From a bacterium (lineage in GTDB: Bacteria; Krumholzibacteriota; Krumholzibacteriia; JACNKJ01), in the NCBI GenBank assembly GCA_024231955.1, contig JAAEPZ010000538.1, forward strand, positions 766,551 to 830,550: DNA of 64,000 nt. Reading direction: 5' to 3'. Shown piece by piece: positions 51,170-60,393 of the stretch. The position numbers were made by a program, and so were the translations under genes. Position 1 is the first letter of the stretch. Each line of letters begins with the position of its first letter. Under the pieces are notes generated by a model, which saw nothing but the letters and a program-made list of their open reading frames with translations, was not told the DNA's origin and did not search any database.

Positions 51170-53260
51170 TCAGAACTTGATCAGTTCGTCGTCTTTGACC
51201 GCCATCATGTCTTCGATCTCTCTGGACGCTGTCGGAGAGTTCGTCATCGAGTCGGTAGCGCTGAACTGAGTCTGGCGATGAGCATGCGTATTGTCGAACC
51301 CCAGCTTGTTGAAGTGTGAACCGCCTCCGGTATCACCCTCAATAATATTGACCAGGGAATCGACGGTAGCCGACATCTCCTGTGTCTGCGCCGAGATCTC
51401 CTCGGAGCTGGCCGCGTTCCCCTGAGTTACGGATTCCAGGTCGGTGAGGACGGTACTGATCTGCGATATCCCCTGCGCCTGCTCTTTGTTGGCGGCCGCC
51501 ATCTGGCTGACGAGTTCGGCGACCTCTTCGGAGTTTTCGGTGACCTGCGCGAAAGTGTCATTGGTGGAGGTTACGAGGGATGATCCCTCGGTCACCCGAT
51601 CAACGGTACTGGCGATGAGATCCGCCGTGTTCTTGGCCGCTTCCGCACAACGCTGCGCCAGATTTCTGACCTCCTCGGCGACGACCGCGAAACCCTTGCC
51701 GGCATCGCCTGCCCGGGCAGCTTCGACAGCCGCGTTCAGGGCGAGCAGATTCGTCTGGAATGCGATCTCGTCGATGGTCTTGATGATCTTCGCAATCTCC
51801 TCGCTCGACTGCGTGATCTCCTCCATCGAATTGGTCAGCTGACTCATATTGTTGTTCGCTTCGGTAACCACCTGTTTGGCTGTCTTCATGGAGTTGTCGG
51901 CCGTGACCGCCATCTCGGCGTTGCTGTTGGTGGTGCTTGAGATCTCGCTGAGAGAGGCGGATGCCTCCTCAAGCGAGGCCGATTGCGTAGATGCGCCCCT
52001 GGCCAGAATATCCGTAGCCGAGGCCACGTTCCGCGAACCGTTGGTCATGTCGGTGATGATCCCTCTGAACTGGCCGCTCAAGGTGGTGAGTTCATGATTG
52101 GAGAATGATTGCAGGCCCTGGAACAGCTCCTTGAATTTCCCCATGATCGTCGAAGCGGTGATCAGCGCGAGGATGATGGCGATGACGAGTGTCGCGGATA
52201 CGGCGACGATGATCATCGTCTTCGCATTGCTGGCCGTCTTTGCCGCCGCCTCCTGCCGCTCGCTCATGAGCGCCAGTTCCCTGTCCCGGAACGTTTTGAT
52301 CTGGTCGCGGAATCGATCGAAGTACACCTTACCCTTGGCCTCGCCGATCAGCGTCGCCATGTCGTTCATGGATTTGGCGTCTCCGATGCGCCGCCGCAAG
52401 GCGATCGCCGGTTCCGTGACATCTTGCTGCCAGTCGTTGATCGTCCCTTCGAGATCGCCGAGCAGCGCCACCTGGGCCGGGTTGTCGCTGACCGTCCCCT
52501 TGAGCGTCCTCACCAGGGTGCCGAAATGTTCGCGGCCGGCAATATAGGGGTCGAGGAACTCCTCCTTGCCGGCCAGCAGGTAGCCCCGCATACCGGTCTC
52601 CATATCCACGGCCGCGGCCTCGATCTTCATCGCCTCCTCGATCACCGTGTGAGTGTGATTGATCCACTCCATGGAATTGCGCAGATCTTCGATGTTCGTG
52701 GAGGACTTGGTTGCCAGCAGTCGTTCATTGAGAAGAGTTGCCTCTCGTGAACGGAAAGTGGCAATCTGGCCCCTGAAGGCATCGAAGTAGATTTTGCCTC
52801 GGGCCTCGCCGACCAGGTCCGCCATGTCGTCCATGGTCTGGGCATCGCCGATCTCCTTGCGCAGATCGATGTTGGTCTCGGTGACGTTCGCTTTCCACTC
52901 GCCGACCGTCTTTGAGATCTCGTTGAGAAGTTGCACCTGGGCCGGATTGTCGTTGACCGTAACCTGCAGGTCCGCAACCTGCTTCTCGAATCTCTTCCCG
53001 CCATTCCGGTAGGGATCGAGGAATTCATCTCTTCCCGCCAGCAGGTAACCCCTCATTCCGGTCTCCATGTCGACGGCCGCCGCCTCGATCTCCATCGCTT
53101 CCTGAACGACTACGTGAGTATGGTCAACCCAGTGACTGCTTTCGAGGAGGCTGGAGATGCCGGTAAAGCAGACTGCGGCCAGCGCGACGACCAGAACTAG
53201 GGGCGCACAATTGGAGGTTATAATCTTGGATTTCAGCCCCATTTTAGTGAAGAAATTCAT
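51170..53260 (-). CDS. Methyl-accepting chemotaxis protein with two tandem CHASE3-like periplasmic domains.
   Basis: TM1, then two near-identical blocks ([42 protein letters not shown] and [42 protein letters not shown]), TM2, and an MCP signalling domain ([34 protein letters not shown]). Confidence 0.85.
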   Translation of the reverse strand: MNFFTKMGLKSKIITSNCAPLVLVVALAAVCFTGISSLLESSHWVDHTHVVVQEAMEIEAAAVDMETGMRGYLLAGRDEFLDPYRNGGKRFEKQVADLQVTVNDNPAQVQLLNEISKTVGEWKANVTETNIDLRKEIGDAQTMDDMADLVGEARGKIYFDAFRGQIATFRSREATLLNERLLATKSSTNIEDLRNSMEWINHTHTVIEEAMKIEAAAVDMETGMRGYLLAGKEEFLDPYIAGREHFGTLVRTLKGTVSDNPAQVALLGDLEGTINDWQQDVTEPAIALRRRIGDAKSMNDMATLIGEAKGKVYFDRFRDQIKTFRDRELALMSERQEAAAKTASNAKTMIIVAVSATLVIAIILALITASTIMGKFKELFQGLQSFSNHELTTLSGQFRGIITDMTNGSRNVASATDILARGASTQSASLEEASASLSEISSTTNSNAEMAVTADNSMKTAKQVVTEANNNMSQLTNSMEEITQSSEEIAKIIKTIDEIAFQTNLLALNAAVEAARAGDAGKGFAVVAEEVRNLAQRCAEAAKNTADLIASTVDRVTEGSSLVTSTNDTFAQVTENSEEVAELVSQMAAANKEQAQGISQISTVLTDLESVTQGNAASSEEISAQTQEMSATVDSLVNIIEGDTGGGSHFNKLGFDNTHAHRQTQFSATDSMTNSPTASREIEDMMAVKDDELIKF

Positions 53261-53586
53261 TCAATTCTACCTTTCAGGTTTCCTGGGAGAATCATTGTAC
53301 TTCGCACACCGGGTAGACCCTGTGTTGTTTAACTGACATTGGCGGCCGGTCCACCATTCCCATATTCTCAATATGGTTTTCGGTGGAATGGCGGCAATCT
53401 TTACATAAATATCACTAAACTATAATATTTTTGTAAACCTGGGTGTCACGATGCAATCATAGGTAGGTAGTTTGGCTTGAATTCAGGTGTTTTGGTCGGC
53501 AGGGTGCACACCTGTTCATTTTGGAACAGCTGTCTGTAAATTCTGAAATAATTCTAATGGCTGTTTGTGGTCGGTCACTGAGTGCA

Positions 53587-54549
53587 TTAGAGGGCGAGCA
53601 TCCGCTCCAGTGGCTTGAGCGCCGCCAGGCGGAGCTCCTCATCCATCTCGATGCGCGGCTCCAGGTCGCGGAGGCAGAGGTAGAGTTTCTCCAGCGTATT
53701 GAGACGCATGTAGGGACACTGGTCGCAAGCGCAACATTCGGGACCACCGGTAACTCCCGGCGTCCTGATCAATGTTTTGCCGGGAGCGATCTTCTGCATC
53801 TGGTGCAGGATCCCCATCTCCGTGCCGACGATGAACTCTGGCGCGGGGCAATCTTTGACGAAGGCGAGAAGTTGGGCTGTTGAGCCGATGAAATCGGCGT
53901 GGCGCAGCACGTTGGGTTCGCATTCGGGGTGGGCGATGAAGAGCGCGGCGGGGCGCAGCTTCTTCTCCTCGATGATCTTCTCCTCGTTGAACCGGACATG
54001 CACCTCGCAGGTGCCCGGCCAGAGCTCCATCTCGCGGTCGAGCTGCTTGCTCACCCATTTGCCCAGGTTGCGGTCGGGAGCGAACAGGATCGGCTGATCG
54101 GCGGGCAGACTGGCCACCACCTTGGCCACATTGCCCGAGGTGCAGATGATGTCCGCCAGCGCCTTGGTTGCCGCGCTGCAATTGATGTAGGCCACGACGG
54201 CGTGGTCGGAATGATCCGCTTTCCAGGCGGCAAGTTTATCTGCGGGACAGGCATCGGCGAGTGAGCATCCCGCCTCCATGTCGGGGACAACCACTATCCG
54301 TTCCGGATTCACGATCTTGGCCGTTTCGGCCATGAAATGGACACCGGCAAAGACGATCACATCCGCTTCGGTCGTACGTGCGGCCTGGGCCAGGGCAAGG
54401 CTGTCACCCAGGAAATCCGCCAGATCCTGAATCTCGGATTCCTGATAGTAATGAGCCAGGATGACCGCGTTGCGCTCTTTGCGGAGGCGCTCGATTTCGG
54501 CCTTGAGATCCTGGCCTTCAGGCATCTGAATCCGTTCGTTATCCATCAT
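53587..54549 (-). CDS. nadA: Quinolinate synthase A.
   Basis: [17 protein letters not shown] and CxxC-type cluster ligands ([13 protein letters not shown]). The start is either MMDNE (54549) or MPEGQ (54525). Confidence 0.85.
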   Translation of the reverse strand: MMDNERIQMPEGQDLKAEIERLRKERNAVILAHYYQESEIQDLADFLGDSLALAQAARTTEADVIVFAGVHFMAETAKIVNPERIVVVPDMEAGCSLADACPADKLAAWKADHSDHAVVAYINCSAATKALADIICTSGNVAKVVASLPADQPILFAPDRNLGKWVSKQLDREMELWPGTCEVHVRFNEEKIIEEKKLRPAALFIAHPECEPNVLRHADFIGSTAQLLAFVKDCPAPEFIVGTEMGILHQMQKIAPGKTLIRTPGVTGGPECCACDQCPYMRLNTLEKLYLCLRDLEPRIEMDEELRLAALKPLERMLAL

Positions 54550-54836
54550 GCACCGCTTCCGAATGTAACTGTTCGCTGTTCTTACGGGATGCCATATGTT
54601 AGCTCTTGTTGCCTGGAATACAAGTGTAATGGGCAATCTTCTGCTGGTCAATACGGGTGGAGATCTGAGAAAATCGTCGGAAGTGTGGAGGATTCTCTCT
54701 CTGAGACGACTATCGATGCGTCAACCTCAACCGGTGAAACACGGACGGGGGCACTGATGACCAGGAGGCGATTGAATCGGGTGACCGCTGATACGGGGGC
54801 GCTCACCACTCTTCATGACCGTTTCGGGGATAGTGA

Positions 54837-54992
54837 TTACCGTTTCATCTACGTCATGACCGGAGATTCCGACATGCTCCGCACGACTCGACCGCAACGC
54901 TTGCCGAGTTGTCGGCCGAACCCATAGTTTCCCGCAAACAAGCGGCGGTGCGCTGTCTCCGCCGTTCACTGGAGGTGCGTGGCCATGCTCTG
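54837..54992 (+). pseudogene. Possible remnant of an ECF sigma factor (sigma2 fragment in one frame, sigma4 C-terminus in another).
   Basis: Frame 1 (54769..) reads TRRRLNRVTADTGALTTLHDRFGDSDYRFIYVMTGD, resembling ECF region 2.1/2.2. After a frame change, TATLAELSAEPIVSRKQAAVRCLRRSLEVRGHAL resembles the end of region 4.2 and terminates ATGctctgTAA, overlapping the anti-sigma start. Confidence 0.3.
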
Positions 54993-55593
54993 TAAGGATT
55001 TCAAGGAAAACCTGGAGACCTTCATCGCTGGGCAGCTGCCGGGGGGGGAGAGCGCTCTGTTGACGGCTCACCTTGAGAGCTGCTCCGACTGCGCCCGGTT
55101 GCATGCGGAGCGTCTTGAGATGCGTCGCAAGCTCAGGGAGGTGCTCGATACGCCGGCTCCGCCCGATCTCAAGGAGGCGATCCGCTCGACGTCGGCGGGG
55201 CATGAGTCGATTATCGAGGATGAGGATTGGGACGATGACTTCACGGGCGAGGAGTGGGAGGATCAGATCGACGGCTGTTCGATTGTTACCACCGCAGCCG
55301 TCAGCGAGCTTGGGCGCGACGAGATCGCCGCCGGCAGCGGGGAGATGGTTGGGTTTGCCCGGCTTAAAAGGGTGCTACCCTATGTTGTCGCACTGCTGTT
55401 GATCGCCGTTGCGCTAGTGACCGGGATTGACCGCTCCACTCCGTACCCTCTCAAACACGGAATCAGGGTGGAACCGCCGATTTACCATGAGAGTGATTTC
55501 GATGGCGGCGAGACCGAATTTGGCGGGCTGGAGTTCGAGGGGTCGATCATGACGGGCACTCCGATCGACGCACAAATCAAGCGGGAGGATTAA
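54985..55593 (+). CDS. Putative zinc-finger (zf-HC2) anti-sigma factor with one TM segment.
   Basis: N-terminus HLESCSDCARLHAE (H-x3-C-x2-C). TM VLPYVVALLLIAVALVTGI. GGAGGTG RBS before the ATG at 54985. Confidence 0.6.
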   Translation: MLCKDFKENLETFIAGQLPGGESALLTAHLESCSDCARLHAERLEMRRKLREVLDTPAPPDLKEAIRSTSAGHESIIEDEDWDDDFTGEEWEDQIDGCSIVTTAAVSELGRDEIAAGSGEMVGFARLKRVLPYVVALLLIAVALVTGIDRSTPYPLKHGIRVEPPIYHESDFDGGETEFGGLEFEGSIMTGTPIDAQIKRED

Positions 55594-55594
55594 C

Positions 55595-56410
55595 ATGAAG
55601 ATCCGGACAGCCGTACTTGTGACGATGATCCTGTTCAATGCGCTCGGAACGGTGGCCGCCCAAGCCGGCAGCCGCAAAGCCGCCGGCGAGAAGTCGGAGA
55701 TCATCCTGGCCAACGGCACCACCATGATCGGTATCCTACGCGCCGTGGCCCCCAGTCGCTATATCGTGCAAGGTGTACTGGAGGGGGAGTTGAACGCGGC
55801 GGAGGTTGCCTTCGAGGTCAGCGGCGACCTGATCAGGGGTGTCGACGGCAGATCGACCCTGCCCGCCTTCGATTCCCGAAAACGGATCATCGAGTCCGAG
55901 TGGTTCGAACGGGTGATGCCCAATGGCGATGTGGAGATGTGGAGGTCGCTGACGGTCGGCAACAACTCGCAAAAACTCCTCACCTATGCCAGTTGGGATG
56001 TGGCGGACCGGGAGGTCGCATCCACACGGGAGATGCTGGTCATGGACATGTTCGGTCAGGAGCTCGTCCACAGATTGGAGGAGGCCGACGGGGAGCACGG
56101 CCGCAGGGTCGTCGTTGAACTCGAAGTGCCCGTGGCGCCGGGCGAATCGCTGGACCTGGCCCTGCGCCTGACGCAACGGGGCGCGTTGCGGCGTGACGGC
56201 GACCTGCTCAGCTACACCTTCAGTGGCGGCTTCTCCGGGGAGACGATCCTGCTGCGCAAAATCGAGTTGCCCGCGGGGGCCGAGATCGTTGCGATCGAGC
56301 CGGAACCGCTGTACACATTTGAATACGCTGGCAAACCGCTGGTCATCTGGCGACGTTATTACGGCCATCAGGAGATACTGCCCCAGACGATCACATTCCG
56401 CCTCCCCTGA
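55595..56410 (+). CDS. Hypothetical secreted protein encoded directly downstream of the anti-sigma factor.
   Basis: Signal peptide MKIRTAVLVTMILFNALGTVAAQA. Starts 1 nt after the anti-sigma stop. Confidence 0.5.
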   Translation: MKIRTAVLVTMILFNALGTVAAQAGSRKAAGEKSEIILANGTTMIGILRAVAPSRYIVQGVLEGELNAAEVAFEVSGDLIRGVDGRSTLPAFDSRKRIIESEWFERVMPNGDVEMWRSLTVGNNSQKLLTYASWDVADREVASTREMLVMDMFGQELVHRLEEADGEHGRRVVVELEVPVAPGESLDLALRLTQRGALRRDGDLLSYTFSGGFSGETILLRKIELPAGAEIVAIEPEPLYTFEYAGKPLVIWRRYYGHQEILPQTITFRLP

Positions 56411-56519
56411 ACGGGGAATTGCAGCTTTTCAAATCGGGATGATGATGCTATCCCTTTTCACGACTCCCCGCGACTAGGCGAGGGGCGTGAATCTCTTCAC
56501 TGCGACCTGTGAGGCGCCT

Positions 56520-58157
56520 ATGAGCAAGGACTCCCGCCTGCTGCGACGCGTGCTGCTGTTGCTCGGTTGTATCGTGGTTTTCGTGATCGTTTCCGGTTTC
56601 GGCTATCAGATGGGGATGCTCCATCTCGAGGGTAAGGAGCGCACCTACCTGCGCAGTGTGCTCACGGTCTTCGAGTCGCTGACCACTACCGGTTACGGTT
56701 GGGACGGGAACTGGGAGCATCCGGCTATGGGCCTCTACATGCTCTTCCTGCAGGTAGCCGGTCTGTTCTTCTTCATTCTCGCCTTTCCGATCTACGTTGT
56801 CCCCTTTCTGGAGACCCATTTCGAGCAGCGTCTGCCCACCTCGGCGGCCGATATCGAGGACCATGTGCTCATCTACAAGAGCAGCACAGCCATCGTGGCG
56901 TTGCTGCCGCAACTGGAGCAGGCCGAGCATCCGTTTCTGGTCATGGAGGATGATGAGACCGAGGGGCGGAAGATTGTGGATCGGAAGTACCGCGTGGTTC
57001 AGTGCGAACCGAACGAGGATGGACTGCGCGGCGCAGGGCTGATGCGCGCCAGGGCCGTGATCGCCAACGGCTCCGACGTGGAGAACGTCTCGCTGGCGCT
57101 CACCGCGCGCCAACTGGGCTACCAGGGCGATCTGATCGCCATAGTCACCGATCCGACCTATCTCGAACACATGAAGCTGGTCGGCTGCACCGATGTCCTC
57201 ACGCCACGCTATCTGCTCGCCGGTGCCCTGGCCGCGCGGGCCAGCGATCGGGTGAGTCCCACGGTGGCCGGCGCTCATCAGCTTGGAGCCCAACTCCAGG
57301 TGCGTCAGATCAGGATTCAGCCGGAGAGCGACCTGGCGGGGCAGGATCTCAATACGGCGGCGATCGGATCGCGGACCGGCGCTATCGTGCTGGGTCAATG
57401 GGTGGGCGGCAAATTGCGGATGGCCGCCGGGGCGGATATGGTGATTCAGCCGCGGGGGATTCTGGTGGTGGCCGGTTCCCATTCGAGCATCAACAACCTC
57501 AGCCGCATCGCCGAGGGGACCGGGCATAGCCGGGTCAGAGGCGGCATCGTGGTGATCGGCTTCGGTGAGGTCGGCGTCCAGGTGGTCAAGATGCTCCGCA
57601 AGGCGGGCGAGAAGGTTATGGTGGTGGATCGCATCCCCGCGGAGGGGGTGGATCTCGTCGGCGACATACTCGATCCCGACCTCCTGGAGCAGGCGGCGAT
57701 CTCCGAGGCCAAGGCGGTAATCCTGGCCATCGATTCGGACAGCTCCACGCTGTTCGCCACGGTCATCATCCGCGATCGCTGGGAGCGCGTGCCGATTCTG
57801 GCGCGGGTGAACAAGACTGACAACCTGGAGAAGATCCATCGCGCCGGCGTCGACTATGCACTCTCCTTCAGCCAGGTGGCAGGCAGCCTGCTGTCGAGTC
57901 GTCTGCTGGGCAAGCAGTCCTACGAACTCGACCCGCAGTTCTCGCTGCTGAAGTTGACCGTCCAGGAGCTGGATGGCCAGAAGCCGGCGGAGATGGACAT
58001 CAGAGGCAAGACCGGTTGCTCGATCGTGGCCCTGGTTCGTCACGGCGTGATCTTCACCCGCTTCGACGAGGAGTTCGGTTTCGAGTCGGAGGACGAGGTG
58101 TATATTTGCGGCAGTCACGAAGGGCTTGAGAAGTTCGAGAAGATTTTCGGACAATAA
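56520..58157 (+). CDS. 2-TM potassium channel with two RCK/TrkA-N domains (MthK-like).
   Basis: TM1, pore helix and filter VFESLTTTGYGWD, TM2, then two Rossmann-like RCK regions (GIVVIGFGEVGVQVV...VVDR). The long antisense ORF 56448..58154 is rejected. Confidence 0.8.
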   Translation: MSKDSRLLRRVLLLLGCIVVFVIVSGFGYQMGMLHLEGKERTYLRSVLTVFESLTTTGYGWDGNWEHPAMGLYMLFLQVAGLFFFILAFPIYVVPFLETHFEQRLPTSAADIEDHVLIYKSSTAIVALLPQLEQAEHPFLVMEDDETEGRKIVDRKYRVVQCEPNEDGLRGAGLMRARAVIANGSDVENVSLALTARQLGYQGDLIAIVTDPTYLEHMKLVGCTDVLTPRYLLAGALAARASDRVSPTVAGAHQLGAQLQVRQIRIQPESDLAGQDLNTAAIGSRTGAIVLGQWVGGKLRMAAGADMVIQPRGILVVAGSHSSINNLSRIAEGTGHSRVRGGIVVIGFGEVGVQVVKMLRKAGEKVMVVDRIPAEGVDLVGDILDPDLLEQAAISEAKAVILAIDSDSSTLFATVIIRDRWERVPILARVNKTDNLEKIHRAGVDYALSFSQVAGSLLSSRLLGKQSYELDPQFSLLKLTVQELDGQKPAEMDIRGKTGCSIVALVRHGVIFTRFDEEFGFESEDEVYICGSHEGLEKFEKIFGQ

Positions 58158-58184
58158 CCCTCCCGGAGCAACCTGCCGATACGG

Positions 58185-58220
58185 GAAAACGGGACGCCTG
58201 CGCGCCCCGTTTTCGTTTTT
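58185..58220 (+). terminator. Intrinsic terminator after the K+ channel gene.
   Basis: GAAAACGGGACGC-ctgc-GCGCCCCGTTTTC stem (one mismatch) followed by GTTTTT. Confidence 0.45.
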
Positions 58221-58247
58221 CCGATAGATTGAGCAACCTGCCGTCGG

Positions 58248-58781
58248 CTAATTGGATGCTTTGATCTCCTCGACCTGCACATCCTCCAGCAACTCCTTGA
58301 TCAGGCTCTTCAGCGCAGGCATGCCTCTGGGGTCGAAACCCTTGGCTGTCCAGGCCACGTTGCCGTCGACATCGACCAGGATGCCCGAGGGGATGCTGGA
58401 TGCCTGATAGGTGCGGGCAGCCTCCTGCTTGGCGTCATAGACGAGAAGGAATTTGGCGCCGATCTTTTCCATGTGCTCCCGGGCGGCCTTGACGGTTCTG
58501 TCGAGACTGACCGCGAGAACCTCGAAACCCTGACCGCCGAACTCCTCATGGAGAGCGATGATCTCGGGCAGCGCCTTGCGGCAGGGGGGGCACCAACTGG
58601 CCCAGAAGTCGATGTAGACGACCTTGCCGCGCAAACTGGAGAGGGTGATCTCCTCCTTGCCGTTCAGAGCCATGAGTTTGATCTCGGGCGCCTTCGTGCC
58701 CTTGGCCGGTAATGCGAATGCGGGTAGTGCCAGACTCAGGATCAGCAGCGCACCGGTGAGCAGGATGAGGCTTCTTTTCAT
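58248..58781 (-). CDS. TlpA/ResA-like periplasmic thiol:disulfide oxidoreductase (redoxin).
   Basis: Signal peptide and thioredoxin-fold active site WASWCPPCR. Confidence 0.8.
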   Translation of the reverse strand: MKRSLILLTGALLILSLALPAFALPAKGTKAPEIKLMALNGKEEITLSSLRGKVVYIDFWASWCPPCRKALPEIIALHEEFGGQGFEVLAVSLDRTVKAAREHMEKIGAKFLLVYDAKQEAARTYQASSIPSGILVDVDGNVAWTAKGFDPRGMPALKSLIKELLEDVQVEEIKASN

Positions 58782-58814
58782 TTTGATACTCCCTCGTATT
58801 TACCCGGACTGCCC

Positions 58815-59267
58815 TCAGGCTTCCTGTCCCGGTTCGGTTGTTGTCGGCTCTATGCAATATTTGTACTCGATCTGGACCGAACTTTTCAACATTGCCGCGA
58901 CGGAACAGTGTTTTTCATAGCTCAGATCCAGTGCGCGCTCCACCTGTTTCGGTGTTGCCTCGCTCCTGATGTGGAACATCAACTCGATTTTCGTGAAGAC
59001 CTTGGGCATGGTGTCGGCCCTGTCGGCCACGGCCTCGACCCGCAGAGAGGCGACGGGTACCCGCATCTTCCGCAAAATGGTGACCACATCCACCGATGCG
59101 CAACCCGCCAGACTCATGAGCAGCAATTCGAGCGGGGTTGAAGCCCCGTTGCTGCCGCCGTATTCCACCGGCGTGTCCATGACGGTCCAGTGACCCGTAG
59201 TGGCGCGAGCGATGAAACTTGTTCCCGAAATCTGTTTGAGGTCCACGGACATCTTGTCATTCGCCAT
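58815..59267 (-). CDS. OsmC/Ohr-family peroxiredoxin-like protein.
   Basis: 150 aa with the OsmC pattern, including the conserved Cys pair region (LAGCASVD...EKHCSVAAMLK). Confidence 0.7.
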   Translation of the reverse strand: MANDKMSVDLKQISGTSFIARATTGHWTVMDTPVEYGGSNGASTPLELLLMSLAGCASVDVVTILRKMRVPVASLRVEAVADRADTMPKVFTKIELMFHIRSEATPKQVERALDLSYEKHCSVAAMLKSSVQIEYKYCIEPTTTEPGQEA

Positions 59268-59940
59268 CTATGTCACCCTCCCGGGTTGTGCTCGTGCGGG
59301 TGCTGAATTCTAGCACCTGCGTTACGTAGTCCGCCTCGGCCTGGGTGCCGATCGTGATGCTCTCCGGGTCCCCGTTGATCACCTGCTGGGGAACGCTCTT
59401 GACGTTGAAGCGCCGGGCCAGGTCCATGTTGTCCACGACATTGACCCCGATCGCCCGCACGAAGTCGGGCGCCGCCACCGCGAGACGATAGTTGAGGAGG
59501 ATGGAGGTCGGGCAGTGGGGGCAGGTTGGCGTGCCCAGCGAATGGAGCGTGACGGGATTGGTCAGGGTCGCCAGTTGCGCAACACTCTCCTCCCGCAGGC
59601 CGTGCTCGCCACCGGCCACCAGGATCAGAGTCTCGATCAGCGTACCCGCCTCGATGCCGTTGGGGGCGCCCAGAAACTCGATGGCATAGCCCAGATCGCG
59701 ACCTATGAGCAGCGCGGGGGAGGTGAGTCCCGCGGCTCGATCATCGTCGCCGAGTCGGCCCTGCGTCAATGTGATCCGGTCGTCCACCTCGATCAGCTCC
59801 GTCAGGAACTGCCGCGTGAATTCGCAGGCCTCCTCATTCTCCTGACCGGTGAGCAACGTGACGTCCACCGGTCGCGACAGCAGCTTGAAGCGCTCGCGGA
59901 TGTGTTTGATCGATTCGTCGTCCAAGAGACGGGTTGACAT
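59257..59940 (-). CDS. Two-domain thioredoxin/glutaredoxin-like protein (PDO/AhpF-N-terminal-like).
   Basis: Two Trx-fold halves, the second with a CPHCP redox motif. Overlaps the OsmC start by 11 nt. Confidence 0.6.
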   Translation of the reverse strand: MSTRLLDDESIKHIRERFKLLSRPVDVTLLTGQENEEACEFTRQFLTELIEVDDRITLTQGRLGDDDRAAGLTSPALLIGRDLGYAIEFLGAPNGIEAGTLIETLILVAGGEHGLREESVAQLATLTNPVTLHSLGTPTCPHCPTSILLNYRLAVAAPDFVRAIGVNVVDNMDLARRFNVKSVPQQVINGDPESITIGTQAEADYVTQVLEFSTRTSTTREGDIDGE

Positions 59941-59953
59941 GGTGCCTCCTGTT

Positions 59954-60253
59954 TCAGGCTTTTTTTTCGGTTGAGGGGCATCTCAACTCGATGTGGGCGA
60001 GCAGCGGCTCCACCAGCGCCTCGTTGATCGAGTAGCACGAGGTCTGTCCGTCGCGCGTCTTGTCGACCAGTCCGAGATCCTTGAGGATCCGCAGATGCTG
60101 GCTGATGTTCGGCTGTTTGAGGCCGAGGTCCATCTCCAGTCTCTGGACGCAGGCGCTCGTGCCCCGCAACATGCCCAGGATCCTGAGCCGTGTGGGGTGT
60201 CCCAGCGCTTTGAAAACCGAACCTGCCCGGTCGTAATCCACGGTTGTCTCCAT
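59954..60253 (-). CDS. ArsR/SmtB-family metalloregulatory or redox transcriptional repressor.
   Basis: Winged-HTH signature LGHPTRLRILGML...ISQHLRILKDLGLV and Cys residues near the HTH (TSACVQ). Start placed at METTVDY. Confidence 0.75.
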   Translation of the reverse strand: METTVDYDRAGSVFKALGHPTRLRILGMLRGTSACVQRLEMDLGLKQPNISQHLRILKDLGLVDKTRDGQTSCYSINEALVEPLLAHIELRCPSTEKKA

Positions 60254-60393
60254 TCGACAAGCGTATTCCGATATTCGCATATTCGGATAGTAGTATATAA
60301 TGATCTCTTGTCGTCCGCAAGGGGAGATCGGGTGGGTCTTGTAAGCCCTGATAAATCAAGGGGTAACATCCGGTGCAGAGCCTTGAGCCAACA

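Noticed and set aside
54337-54927. 196-aa plus-strand ORF.
   Set aside because: Its first two thirds are antisense to nadA. Only its last about 55 codons are free-standing, and these are interpreted as the sigma-2 fragment of a decayed ECF sigma, not a full gene.
56448-58154. 568-aa minus-strand ORF.
   Set aside because: Antisense to the K+ channel/RCK gene. Low-complexity translation.
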